DNA of 64,000 nt from Eledone cirrhosa. Taxonomy: Eukaryota. The position numbers were made by a program, and so were the translations under genes. The notes beneath the pieces are model-generated. The model was not told where the DNA came from and did not search any database. It saw only the letters and a list, made by a program, of their open reading frames with translations. The stretch is taken from NCBI GenBank assembly GCA_964016885.1, contig OZ024753.1, positions 27,094,001 to 27,158,000 on the forward strand, given 5' to 3'. Positions 25,581-39,965 of the stretch are shown piece by piece; positions within the stretch are counted from its first letter, which is position 1; each line of letters opens with the position of its first letter.

Positions 25581-28288
25581 TATATATATATATATATATA
25601 TGCAATGGAATCAAAATGAGGGAGCAGAAGTCATGATAATATTGATTGTATGTAAAAACAAAGTGGTATTGGTTGCAAGATGACTGAGCCAACGTCACCT
25701 CAATGTGGTTTTGCTAATGAGGCTCTATGGATGAACAAATATGTTAATGAACAATAAAGATTTACATACATACAAACATATATGTCATAACTGTTCATAG
25801 CATATTTGCTGACCATCAGACATGAAGAGAAGGAAGATTGATTGTAATCTACTGTAGTTATTTCTTAGTTGGTTCTATATATATAATATAACATATTAAT
25901 TTCAACTGGTAAAGCAGTTTAACTATTCTAGTTATTAATATTATTATTACTACTATTATATAATATAACAAGAATTTATAGGTTATATTACTGCCTTAAC
26001 CCTTTAGTCTATATTTACTATTTACTCTATATTTACTATTATATTTTCAAAGTGAACATGTTATCTTACATAATATCGAATCTATGGGATTTCGATATTT
26101 ATTTTGAGAATATCTTAACATCAGTATGAGTGGCTGGTTATAGCTCGTTTGAAAAGAAAGAGGTGAGAGAATTCTGGCTGGATATTGCTGGTTTAAATGC
26201 TAAAGGGTTAATAAGCAACACTTCTCAAAGAAACAATTCAAAATACTGGCTAACAAACTATCTTTTAGAAGGAGAATCAGGGTGGAGAGAGAGGCACTGC
26301 ACCCCAGTAAATTTACTGAAAGGTGGGTGAATGAAGCAAAAATGGCCCGAGTGATTGGGCCTTCTCTGTTTATAAGCCTGTAGGTTGAGGAAGAGAGCAA
26401 AAGGAAGAAAGGAGCACTTGCACAACACGCTCCTTGAGTTGAGGGTTGTTCTATCGACGGGGTATTAAACAACCCATTTGTGGCGCATCCCCCCTATTGG
26501 GGATTTCGATTGTTGAAATTGTTTGTTTTTATATTTTTTACACGACTGTACGTAAAATCCCCGGCATGTCTTTGTATTGTCCCCTTTCTTGTTGCGCCCT
26601 TGTGGCTAATAAAGAAATCTATCTATCAAGTTGCCAAACCAATGTTGTGTACAAAAACAACAAATCGTGAATTTGCAATTATTCAGATAATCCCATGTGT
26701 CCATTTCTAAGATGCTGAGATGTGATTTAAGGGAGATTTAGCTGCTATTTCTAGCAAACTGAACAATAACAGAGGTTCTAGAGACAGATTTAGCATTAGA
26801 AGGACCACTTATAATCTGTCTTTCTAATAATAACATTTGAAATATTTTATTCTTGAATTGGTTGACTGTCTTTGTCTTGTCAACTTTAGTTAGTAAACAA
26901 TCTTAGTTTCTATGGATGCTGTTCAAGAAAAGTTTGCAGACTTGTTATATTCGATATTGATTATCTAATAATTTAATATGAAGAGTCACTTTTAATGGCT
27001 GATGGAATTCCTAGACAGCATATTTGCTGAAATTGACTTTTCCTGTTATTAATCTTATTGACATATGCCATATTTTCTTTTCATTGTCTGTGGAGCACCG
27101 AATGGAAATCAAGTGCCTTATATTTTAGATATAACTTCATATAGCAGATCTTTTGAAGTTGAAATCAATTTGCCATCTTTCCTTTGCACATTTTCTGTTC
27201 TAGAAGAATCTAAATTATAAAGATGCTTGGTTGTTTTGTGCCCAAATGGAGTTAACCATACTGCAGTTTGTTTTCCTAAAATTAGATACCACATCCATTT
27301 AATATTGATGTATTTTATGCCAGCAAGAGCATCACATTATTCCAAACCAGTCATGCGTTAATATCTAAATTAGCCCCTTCAATTCATTTATTAAAAATAG
27401 ATCAATACTGCACTATTGAGTCTAACAGATTAACCAGGGCAAGCAACATGTAAAAGTAGAGACAAACTTAAATACTTTTCAGTGTAGCTTAATAGCCTAA
27501 TACAAAACAATAAAACCTGTTAAAACATTTCCTTGCAGAAACATATGAATACTTATTTTTTTATGCAACACAGGCTATCTTCTAGTTTTACTATTTCATG
27601 ACTATAATCCTAACAATACATTGTCTATGTGAAACACATAGACAATTTATTGTTAGGATTATTAACTTTGAAAATAATGACTTTTGAAGGATTAAGTTGG
27701 TGATTGGAACCCAACTTAACAAAATGGGTCTTACATAATTTTGTTGAGAGGTCTTAACTGTCCTGTAGCTTAGCAGTTTGGCAAAAAGAGATTGATGAAA
27801 TTAGTACTAGAATTAAAAAAAAAAGGAAATTACTGGATTTGATACATTCCATAAAACCCATTAAAGTTAGTGCCCCAGCATGGCCATAGTTCAATAACTG
27901 AAGCCAGTAAATAAGTATGTAAATATATCATTATCATTATTTAATGTCCAATCTCTCTCTCTATATATATATACATACATACACAGGGTGTCCCCTCAAA
28001 ATGTAAACATACTTTTATTAGAATGCTATTGAAGTATGTATACAATTTTTGGGACACTCAGACAGCTTCTTACATAATACGGTTACGTTCTCGAGGCAAT
28101 CCAAATTAAAACGACAAGGGAATGGACAAAGATGATGTTCTTGAAGCCTTCGGAAGCTGTCTGATGAGATCATGGCACTGGGTATATGGAATCGCGTGGC
28201 CACTGTCGTCATTGAAGTATGTATCATAGCCTTATCAATAAAGGACTTTAACATCTGAAACTACTTCGCATTTTTCTACTCTCTCGCG

Positions 28289-28323
<35 letters not shown>

Positions 28324-31300
28324 AAGGAAAATACAGAGATACAAAACAATGTTATTAGGTTCACGTTTAGATGAAAGAGAAAACGAGTTCAACTATTGGA
28401 CTTTAACACTTGGTCAGGAGATACAGTAGAAAGATAGAATTACTCCTACACAAAGATATATTAAATAACAGAACAAAAAAAAACAGAGTTACTAACTACT
28501 AGCTCACTAACCAACTGTTTCCTCTTTTTGTCTGATCTATTACTATTACAATGGATTCTGTTTCCCTTGAATGAGCTAGCTGAATACCACCTCTGTTAAA
28601 GGTCATCTGAAGTACTCACATCTCCTCCTCCTTACTTTCTCACCTACTAAACCTTATACTATTATTGGCAATGTAAAGCCATTTGGATATTGCGAGATAT
28701 ATTTGAGAAATTTGATGATAAAAGGGGTTAAGAGCAAACTGTTGAGAAAATCTATACACAAATCAAGTCAATTTAATAGATATACATCAATCTAAATACA
28801 CACACATCTCAAACATCAGCTTAGTAAAAGAAGATTTGAAGTATATGACCTAATGAAACATCCTCTCTAATACGCAGAGACATAGAAAATTTGAATTTAT
28901 TCATGAGTATATGGTTATTTTTACGTCATCGTATCTGTAAGTACATTGTTGATATGACCGTAGAGCATCTATTTACTAATGCGATTACAGGCTTGTTTGA
29001 TTGGCAGGTACAATCAGGTCTTATGACAAAGCTGATTTCAACTGGCTGGCTAACTGACTGACGTAAATACTGTTTATATTGCAAAAGGTAAGTTTACAAT
29101 AAATGTAACATGATATATAAATATCTAAGTTCAACCTGCATGAAGAGTAGAGAACAAGTGAGAGAGTGGCTGAGAATAAAGGCATTAGCTAAGGTTTGTA
29201 AAAAAAAAAAACAATTGTATTGGTATGGATCTCTCTCATCTCATCTGCCCTATAGTCTGGTGGACTGTTGGGGCACCACAGATGACATGGCAACCAGCTC
29301 CTTTCATTCCTCTCGCCTCTCTGCCCTCCGCATGGTTGCACCCAGTTTCATGCCTGTCCATTCCGGGATGTTGTCCTCTCCTCTCTTTTTCTGTCTGCCT
29401 CTCTTCCTCCCTCCTTGTACTGTTCTCTGCAGGACAATCTTGACAAGCCCTGAAGATCTTGGTATGGATAATGTGATGAAAATAAATGAGGAGTGTTGGG
29501 TAATAATATTAGAAGATACTAGAGGCAGAGGAATTACATGGCAAGACATGGTTAAGTCAGATCTATATATTGTAAATTTCTGAGTCATGAGAGAACTAAA
29601 CACCAAAAGTATCTCACCTAGTGAGAAACTAAAGCACAATTACCAGTCAATGCTGAAACCAGAAAAATTAAGAATTCAATCTAGTGAAATCAATACCAGA
29701 GAATATTAAATCTAAGCCATGCGAGAAGGCTATTTATCAAACTGTGAGAGGGACAAGTATATATTTGAATCTCTCAAAGCTACCAGCTGCTGTGACATAC
29801 GTTATTACATAATTTAAATGCCCTGTTTGAATACTATTTTCATTAAAATAAAAGTATTGTATCTTGAATAAAAAAAATAATTTGAATATTGATGTAATTC
29901 CAAATGACTTTTTTATTTATTTAAATAGAGAATGGAACTTTAAAGTTAGCCAAAAGGAGAGGAGCACAGTCAATTAACCCTTTAGCATTTAAACTGGTCA
30001 TATCCGGCCAGAATTCTCCCACCTCCTTCTGTTCAAACTAGCTGTAACCAACTGCTCATACTGACGTTAAGGTATTATTCTCAAAATAAATAATATTAAA
30101 ATCTTATAGATTCGATATTATGTGAGATAAAGCCTTTACTGTGAAAATATAATAGTAAATATAGAGTAATGTAAATGCTAAAGGATGCCACAAATATATT
30201 CCAACAAGAAGAAATTTAACAAACAGAAAAGAAAATAGCAATAATTTCTATTGAAACACTTTCATTGATGTTTTATTTCCCTTATATCTATTTTAAAGAA
30301 ATAAGGGTTGATATGATTAGGGTCACATTGTCAAATTTAAGGAGATTGAAAACAAGGTAAACTGTAGCATCAACATCATTCCACAGGTGTATTAACACAG
30401 TTGGAATATCTAAACCAGATTGCACAGACTTCAGATAGACTTACTTTGTTAGAATAAGCATACACATACATTAAAATTTATCATATTAGACATGGTAGAT
30501 TGGTGGCTTTCAAAACAATAATCTAGCCATAATGTGATTAAAAGCACACACACACACACACACACACATAAACAGTAGTATACAACCTACAAAACAAAAA
30601 AACAAAGATAAAACTTAAATTTTTAAAATCTTGCAGGCTTGTTCAAGGTGATTGAAAACCCCTTAAGTAATTCTTCTTCATCAATAATCACCAAAGTTTA
30701 GTTCTGTTCTGCTTACATATATTAATTATTGTCTCATTCAATAGTATTTTACACTTAACTGCCTCACAAACCAGCTAATGGTAATTGGTATGAAGTTAAT
30801 TCTATACAAAAGGTCAACAAAGGCAAGATGATATTAAGAACAACCTGAAACTGTTAACATATGTAACATATGACCTACATATATATATACATACCTCAAC
30901 ACACTGTAATTTATACACAGGCACACACATGCATGAGTAATGTAAAATAAATGGATCTTCACAGTTTTCAAATATGAGCATTCACCAATCATGATTATTG
31001 TCTTTTATTTTTTACGGGCATATTACATCCAGCTCTTATGTGTCCTTTCCATTAAACCTTTAGCATTTAAACCAGCCATATCCGGTCAGAATTCCCTCAC
31101 CTCTTTCTGTTCAAACTGGCTGTAACCGGTAACTCATATTAATGTTAAGGTATAGTTCGCAAAATAAATAATATCAAAATCTCATTGATTCGATATTATG
31201 TGAGGTATTATGTAAGATAAAGCCTTTACCACAAAATTACAATAGTAAATATAAAGTAATGTGAATGCTAAAGAGTTAACTGAACTACTTGTTTGTTGAA

Positions 31301-34300
31301 TTTAGTGTCTAAATTCAGGAGACAGGTATGTTTAACTCTTTAGCATATAAATTGGCCAGAATTCTCTCACCTCTTTCTGTTCAAAGCGGCCATAACTGGC
31401 CTCTCATATTGTTGTTAAGGTATTGTTCTCAAAATAAATAATATTAATATTTAATATTATGTGAGATAATTATGTAAGATAAAGCCTTTACCACAAAAAT
31501 ACAATAGTATATATAGAGTAATGTAAATGCTAAAGGGTTAAAAAACAACAAACAGATATTGGTTAGGACTAGGGTTAGAAAATGGTACTTTCGTCTAATG
31601 AATTTTCATTGAACTACCTTTCACTGCATCAAAATGTATTTTTCTATGTGGATTATCAAACAATCACAAATCCCATGACTTCTGACAAAAATTATTCTAC
31701 AAAATAATGTATTTACAAAATTATATTATGAAGAGTCATTGTACTGGGAAGATGTTACATTCTAGATGGAAACTGAAAAAGGGTTGTGGTCTCTGTTTTC
31801 TGAGAATTCATAATTTAATCATCTGCCACGTTTACTGTTAATAAAACAAAATAAATAAAAACAACTCACCTACACAACATACTAGGCCTTGTCTCAAGCT
31901 ATTCTGAATTTTACTAAATACAGCAAATCTTAATTTACTTTCACTCCGTCTGAGATGTCACAACAATTTCTGTTAGCTGTTACATGCAAATTTCAAAAAG
32001 AATCATATCTATCACCACCCCCATACATTCTCCTATTCCAATTGCACAATTCTGCCATATGTCACCAAGATTTGCTTCCAAATTTCTTAAGTCTTCATTT
32101 CTTTCTTCCTACATATATATACTTCCAAGTTACAAAGTCTGACTTGTGATTCTCAGAAACAAAATCAACAGATACTCAGACAGTTTATATTTTAACCCGA
32201 CAAGCTAAAGATAGAATCTCTACACAGTTGCCTGAAATAGTAAAGAATCTTCCTCAAATCACACACTTTCATTGTGGATTGGCAGTTTCGGTAGAGGGTC
32301 GGACGTCATGCTTTGACACAGAGTTACGGCCCTTGCTATTCTGAGTTCAAATCCAGCTGAGGTTAACTTTGCCTTTCATCCTTATGGGGTCGATAAAATA
32401 AAGTACCAGTAATACACTGGGTAATTGCTGGCCTTGTGCCAAAAGTAGAAACAAATATATATACTATTATATTTTCATGGTAAAGGTTTTATCTTACATA
32501 ATTACCTCACATAATATCGAATCTATGAAATTTTGATATCATTTATTTTGAGAACAATATCTTAACACAAGTATGATCAGCTGGTTACGGCTGGTTTGAA
32601 CAGAAAAAGGTGAGAGAATTCTATCCGGATACAGCTGGTTTAAATGCTAAAGTGTTAAAGGAAAGGACACATTAGAGCTAGATGTAACATGCCCGTAAAA
32701 AATAAAAAAAACTATAATCATGATTGGAACAGCTCCGAATAGAGGTTTGCAGAATCAGAGCTGAGAAACCATAACAACAACAAGAAACAGAAAAAGAAAA
32801 ATAATTCAATGATAAACTTGACAATGTTGGGGCTATTGTTTTAAATCCATTTCCCATTGTTCTGCATTGGTGTGATGGAGTTTGTTGGTGAAAGTGATTT
32901 TAGAAACCATTCTAAGCAAAGTGATGTACTTTATTCAGAGGTCTAATACAATGTGTATCATCCATCTGAGGTGCTGTAATGATGTATGACATGTCATGGG
33001 CATTTAAACCTGGCAGAGCCCATCCCTATTCAGGTCTGAACACAGCCCCTTTCTGAGAGAGAGAGATACAATAGTTGACTGGTACTTTATTTATCAATGT
33101 CGGAAGGAAGAAGGGCTTTGAACTGAAGAATAGAGAGAGCTGGAACGAATACAACAAAGCATTCTATCCAATATTCCATAGTAGTCTTCAGGCATTTGAT
33201 CATGAACTCAATCATTTAAACAATGAAGCAGGAGAATGACATACATAACCACTGTAAATCCTGCTTCATATGAGAACTGTAACTCAGGGTATTGCAATCA
33301 GTTTGAATCTATACAGTTGGGTATCATAACCAAATTTGAAAACATGAGACTGCGTCATGTAACCTGACATCTCTTCACCAGCAATTTCAAAGCTATTCAT
33401 TATGTTGAAAACATATAAATTGTTCTAGAATGGATTTGAAATCAGAATATTTCTAAATAAATAGTACCAATAACCTTATCCATTAAGCTACCCTGATGGC
33501 TTAGTGGATTAGGATGTTAATAGCTTTCATTTAGATATAATGATTCTGAGTTCAAATACAGCTTGGGATAATGTAACTTACTCAAAACTAAATATATTTA
33601 ACACTTTAGCATTTAAACCGGCCGGAATTCTCTCTTCTTTCTGTTCAAACTGGTTGTAACCAGCTGCTCACTGACGTTAAGATATTGTTCTCAAAATAAA
33701 TAACATCAAAATCTCATAGATTCGGTATTATGTGAGGTAAAGCCTTTGCCATGAAAATATAATAGTAAGTATAGAGTATGCTAAAGGGTTAAACTGATTG
33801 AAATGCTTAATTCATCTCGTTAAGACATAATATAGTAAGTTGACCAAAATGTTTAACTACTATAATATATCCCTTTACATTCTGAATTCAAATGCCTCTA
33901 GCTCATCCTGTTGAAATTAGCTTTACTTTTTACTCATCTAGATTTATAGAATCAGGCTCAATTATCTGTCCCAAGTCAGTCTTGATCAAAATTATTTCCA
34001 GTTGTGGTGATCCAATTTTTTTTCTTCAGATAATGAATCTTGGACATCATTATAAAGTGTGTCGCCAGTTTGTTTTTAAAAGTCAGGTATGATTTGAAGG
34101 AGATTTGGCTGCTAATTCTAGCAAGTCACAGACACTCATTTCTGACACAAATTATGGCCAGTAATATACATTTTTTTTTGTAATAATACTTATTAGAGGA
34201 AAAAGGGAGGAAGTTATCTTCAAGCAAGAAACCTAGCCTAAATGCTTACAACAGATTATATTCTGCTAAAGAAATTCAAAGGACAGGCTCTTCTTCTTTG

Positions 34301-36087
34301 CCCACTTATGCCTGAGAGGGTCGTGGGGCAGAGTTCTCAAACACTCCCTCCAGTGGGTTCTGTCAGAAGCAACCGTCTCCAACTGATCTGGCTGGATCCC
34401 CAAGCGTGACCAGCCAAGCTCATGGATGTTATCTAACCATCTTGCTCGGGTTCTACTCCTGGGTCTCTTGCCGGTTGGTTTTGCCTCTAAAATTTGTTCA
34501 GCAATTCTTTCCTGCTGGTGTTAAACTAGACTATGAAATTAACTAAAAGTTTTTTGCTGTTAAACTGGGCTATGAAATTAACTAAAACCTTGTCCTACAA
34601 TGTTGAGATATTATGAGAAATCACTGTTATATAAAGCTGATGAGACATGGTAAAATTCATTACAAGTATTTAGTTTTGTCCTTTTACATTTTGAGTCTAA
34701 ATTCCACTGCGACTCACTTTGCCCTTTATCTTTCTAGGTTCGATAAAATGAATACTATACATCTAGTGGAGATCGATTTCATCAACTATACCCCTTTCCT
34801 ATCCACTTTGTAACTATGCCAATGTTAGAGGTTCTAATAATAATAATTATTATAAGTATCTTTAAAACAATAAAGCTTTAAAAAGGTCAGGAACTACAGT
34901 TAAGTGATTTGGCCATAGAAACAACACAGAAGGTGTATAGGGATATACACTCTAGAGATCTGAAATTAATCCCACCCCACCTTTTGGTAACAGCAACAAC
35001 ATTGCAAAATGCATAGTTTGGCTACCTCTAGACTTTAGATCATCATCATTTTACATCCGCTTCTCACACACAAACAATATGCATAGCTTGACTACCTCTA
35101 TACACTCACACCCAAACATACATATATATATATATATACAATACATCACACACACACAAACACAAACATATATATAATACATCACACACACACACATATA
35201 TAATACATTTGTTGTCCACCTTCAAACTGCATTATACAAACATATATATAATAATGACATATCAATCATTAATATTTAACATCTGTTTTACCCTAACTGC
35301 CAAGTAAAAACTTACTTCTGCCCTTCTATTCTGGCATAATTTCAACTTACTATTTTATGAAGGCCTTTTCTTATTTATCTACATACTCATAATAATAGTT
35401 TAGCAAATCTATCTCTATTGTCTGTTTTTTCACTATGTTTTCATTGGCATGTCTAAACTGACATCAATGCCATACTTAAGATAAAGATTTATTTCTCTAT
35501 CTATAAATAGGACTTAATAAATATAGCTTAATAACATAAAATCTGCTGTCTGATACAATAACTACTAATAATAATAGATAAGATCCAGCATCTTAAATAT
35601 AAAACAAATGGTAATAACACAAATGCAAGAGCGTAATCTTTTACAATTTTCTAATGAGTTTACTCAGTTAAAAGTGATGTCTAAAGTCTGTCATAAGCTA
35701 GAAAGCTTGTTAGGCCTGCGCTTATCCCAGTTTCACAGAGTGAAGCGACTGAGAGTACAAGACTTCCTCCTGGACAGGACACCAGCTATTGTTAGTTCTC
35801 ATTTACTGAAGCAACGCGAAATGAAGTGTTTTGCTGAAAAACACAACGTGCAACCCAGCCCAGGAATCAAATCTACGACACCCTTACCATTAGGCCACGC
35901 ACCTCCACAGTGATTTAACAAGAATAATGTAGCTTTTTATGTAGACTAAGCGTAAAGATTTCTGAAATATATTTTCTTGTTCTTATGAGTCAACAAGCAG
36001 TGCACTGGTTCAACCCTAGTCTACAGGTGGGGGATTCAGGAGTAGGCTTTTCAAGTTAACAAAACAACAACAAAAGGTATTACAACA

Positions 36088-36254
36088 TGGTTTGGGCTGG
36101 AGAAGAGTGCGTAGGAAAGATGGGTTGGGTTGGAGAAGAGAGGAAAGGAAAGGTGGGTTGGGTTGGAGAAGAGAGGGAAGGAAAGGTGGGTTGGGTTGGA
36201 GAAGAGAGGGAAGGAAAGTTGGGTTGGGCTGGAGAAGAGTGGGAAGGAAAGGTG
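36088..36254. repeat. 33-bp G-rich minisatellite, about 5 units
   Basis: TGGGTTGGGTTGGAGAAGAGAGGGAAGGAAAGG units. Confidence 0.85.
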
Positions 36255-37242
36255 TATCTTTACTTTAAAAACAAAATGAAGTCATTAGATTAACTAAAAT
36301 TTAAACTTTTAATAAAAAAAAAACCAGTGGATCAATATAAATAAATAAATAAATAAAGAAAGAAAGAAAGAAAAAAGGCATTGGAAATATGAAAATGAAT
36401 GGAAGGGAATGAGAAAGATGTGGGTGAATAAATGGGGGGAGCAGCAGGCAGTCATTAAGTTGTAAATGGATTTTATTAACAATGGCAGGCATTCTCCTCA
36501 GCATGACAAATAAATAAGAGAGAAAACAGTGAGATGAGCAGTGGTGAAGATTAGAAACCATAAATGATGCATGCACAGTTATTATTATATGGCAAGTTTT
36601 TGATTCTGACAAAAGCATTGAATGGGCTGCAGACAGTCAGACAACCAGAAGACTGTGCTTCCAACAGTGCCACTTCAGAGACAGCAGATAAGAATATCAT
36701 ATAATTAATGGATACAATTTGGCTGGAGACATGTTCAAACATTTTTAATTGCTATTATAAATAAATAAATAAATGAAGTTAAGCTTTCTTTCCAGACACA
36801 GTGGAAAATAATAAATTAAATGGTTATCTCATTATATAACAAACAAAAGTGACAGAATGCAGCTGAACAAAATATAATCAAGTTCAATATAAAAAAAATA
36901 GGCTATCTTGATTATGGTCTTTCTCAAATAATTCACAACCAAAGGCCTCTTTTATGAAATTTTTCTTTCTTGCAAATTCTCTACTCCCAGATTGCTATAG
37001 GGATATATATATATATATTAATTCAAAATATTAATAAAAATAGACATTCGTGTGATCAAGTATATTTTATTATACATATTTCAGAGGTACTGATCTATCT
37101 TCAACAGTACATCCTCATCAGATAAAATAAGATGATGCATGACATACCCAGACATAGTAGATGGTTAAGATTCAGTCATGGTAGTGAATATATTCTTTGA
37201 TTTATTCATTGAACCTTGTTTAACCTTTAAATATATATATAT

Positions 37243-37605
37243 GGAGGCACATGGCTTAGTGGTTAGAGCATTGGCCTTGCAATCGAAAGGTTGTGAGTTC
37301 AATTCCCAGACCGGTGATGTGCTGTTTCCTTGAGCAAGACACTTTATTTCACACTGCTCCAGTTTACTCAGCTGTAGAAATGAGATGATAGGGACTGGGG
37401 TCCCTATCATTCCACTGCAAAGTGGTCGTGGAGGTGCCACAGCAAAAAAGCACCCAGCACTCACTGTAAATGAGGTTGGTGTTAGGAAGGGCATCCAGCT
37501 GTAGAAATCAAGCCAGAATCAGTTCCCGTCCCACCCTTGCAAGCAGGGAAAAGCGGACGTAAAATGAAATGATGATGAAATGAAATGATGATGATGATGA
37601 TGATA
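37243..37605 (+). mobile_element. tRNA-head SINE with conserved central domain and RTE-type tail
   Basis: TGGCTTAGTGG A-box, GAGTTCAATTCC B-box, CCTTGAGCAAGACACTTTA central motif, then a tail shared with the RTE fragments and (GAT)n. Related heads at about 16290-16435(-), 35800-35910(-) and 44660-44720(-). Confidence 0.8.
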
Positions 37606-39750
37606 TATATATATGAAAACAAAGGTTATAGAAAAAAGTAAGAATGGAAACAGCATGGAAATATATTTAAAGAATCTTTTTTTCTTCTTTAATCCATCAA
37701 AGTGACATTATTCGGAAAAGCAGAAAAATCTTTTTCAAAGAGAGAGAGAGAGGAGAGAAATAGGGAGAGGGAGTAAGAGATGTTTATACTCAGACAAGAA
37801 TGGATACCCTCTAGCATGTCTATATTACATTTTTAACAATGTACCTGGAATTTTGAACTTAGCCCATGGGTCTCTAATACTAAACTTTGCAGATGCCAAG
37901 TTGCTACCTGCTGATCTAGATAGTAAATGATAAAATTCACTTCAACCAGTAAAGAAGATTAGATAAAATGTGAATCAATTTTCTGTTTCAAGTATTAAGT
38001 AAGAAGAAACTTGATACTTAAGCTGCAGCTTGTAGTTTGTATTCTGCTTTAGAACAATATTGACTAAATAGATTTCTTTTTAAACAATTAAAGAGTAAGC
38101 TAGTATTCTTCAGAGAATATATCTGCATTTTTTTATATCTAAACACTCCTTATATAAAAATACAAAGATACAGAGATAAGTAAGTGGCAAGCAGAATACA
38201 TTAGCTTGTTCTACACAACCAGCCTTCTCATACATTTCATCTCAAATATAAACAACTTTGTGAGTGTTTCTATGTTCTCACTAGAGTTGTTAGAAATACA
38301 AGTCAAATCTCCCTCAAATCAAACCCTACCATCTTGAAAAGGACACATTAGATATTGTAACCTAGAATATACAATGCCTGAAAAAAATTCACAGCTGAAG
38401 CACTTTTGATTGGTGCAGACTAGTGTCTTCTACATGTTTATTTCATGCTGTGCACATAGGAGGGCAGGTCTACAGCACATCATAATGCCAGAAGTCTTGA
38501 TTCTGTGTCACCTCCTTTGTGAGGTTTAATTGGGCAAGGCTAGCTTTTATCACTTCATTCTAAGCTATCCTAGGTCTTCCGTTTGCATAGCTACCATCAA
38601 TTGATTACCCTGCATCTTTTTATACAACTGTCATCCTATACACACACACACACTTATGTATAAATTAGTGAGTGTGTGTGTGTTTTGGAGGTATCATTTC
38701 TTTAGCCAAAACATTGGTTACTATGTGAGGAAAGAGACTGAAGAATGAAATTGCTGTACAGTACAATTTGACAAGTTGTTTGGCAGTATCAGTAGAGTGC
38801 TGGACAATATGCTTTACGGCATAGAGTAATAGCCTATTATATTCCAAGTTCAAATTCCGCTGATGTTAGGTTTGCCTTTCACTCTCATGGAATCGATAAA
38901 ATAAAGAACCAGTAATGTACTGGGGTTGATTCAATTGACTTTCCCTTCCCCAGGCCTTGTGCTGAAATCAGAAAGCATTATTTAAATGAAAGGGAGGTTG
39001 ATTGGCAGAATCTGGGGTTGATTTAATTGATTTTCCCTTCCCCTTCAAATTGTTGGCCTTGTGCCTAAAGTAGAAACAAATATTCACCTGGAGTGTGAAT
39101 AATTTCTACAAGGAGAAAAGGTCCAACCTATAATTATGAGATTTTAGAGAGAGTGAGAGAGACAGGGAAAGAGAGATAGTGAGATGGGCAAAGTGAGACA
39201 AATATAGTCTATAGATCGATATTATAAAAATGTGGAAATGTCTATTTTACATCACATTTGCATGAGTCAAGATTAAAGGTTTCAATTATGATACTGGTTT
39301 TTAAGTGACTAGGATTTATTACAGAGCATAAATTGTTTTGAAGTAGTAACAATTTAATTTAAGAGTTTTCTACAACTACCGTCATCATTATGAGATCTAG
39401 GAATATTATTTCTTCTTTAATATATACATAGAGAAGAGGTTTATATGAGCAGTGTTTGTTTCATGATTCATTGTGAAATCCTTAGCTCTCTCATATTTCA
39501 CCTGATTATTGCCAACAGTTTGCTGCACTATTAGCAACACCAATAATAATTGTTTCTACTTTAGGCACAAGGCCAGCAATTACCCAGTGCATTACTGGTA
39601 CTTTATTTTATCGACCCTGTGAGGATGAAAGGCAAAGTCAACCTCGGCGGGATTTGAACTCAGATCATAAAGGGACGTAACTATGCTGGAAAGCATGGCG
39701 TCCGACCCTCTACCGATACTGCCAATCCATAATAATGGTTTCTGATTTAA

Positions 39751-39965
39751 CCCTTTAGCATTTACATTACTCTATATTTACCATTATATTTTCATGATAA
39801 AGGCTTTATTTCACATAATTATCTCACATAATATTGACGCTATGAGATTTTATTATTTATTTTAAGAATACCTTAACATCAGTATGAGAAGCCAGTTATT
39901 GCTGGTTTGAACAGAAAGAGGTTAGAGAATTCTGGCCGGATATGGACAGTTTAAATGCTAAAGGG
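39751..39965. mobile_element. piggyBac-like MITE, intact copy
   Basis: Perfect CCCTTTAGCATTTA TIRs, TTAA on both sides. Confidence 0.85.

Noticed and set aside
36540-36745. Unique-looking stretch with short open frames on both strands
   Set aside because: No splice-bounded frame or recognisable motif could be supported.
37243-37320. tRNA gene
   Set aside because: A and B boxes are present but continue into a multicopy SINE body and tail, with no convincing cloverleaf; the same holds for the other tRNA-like heads.
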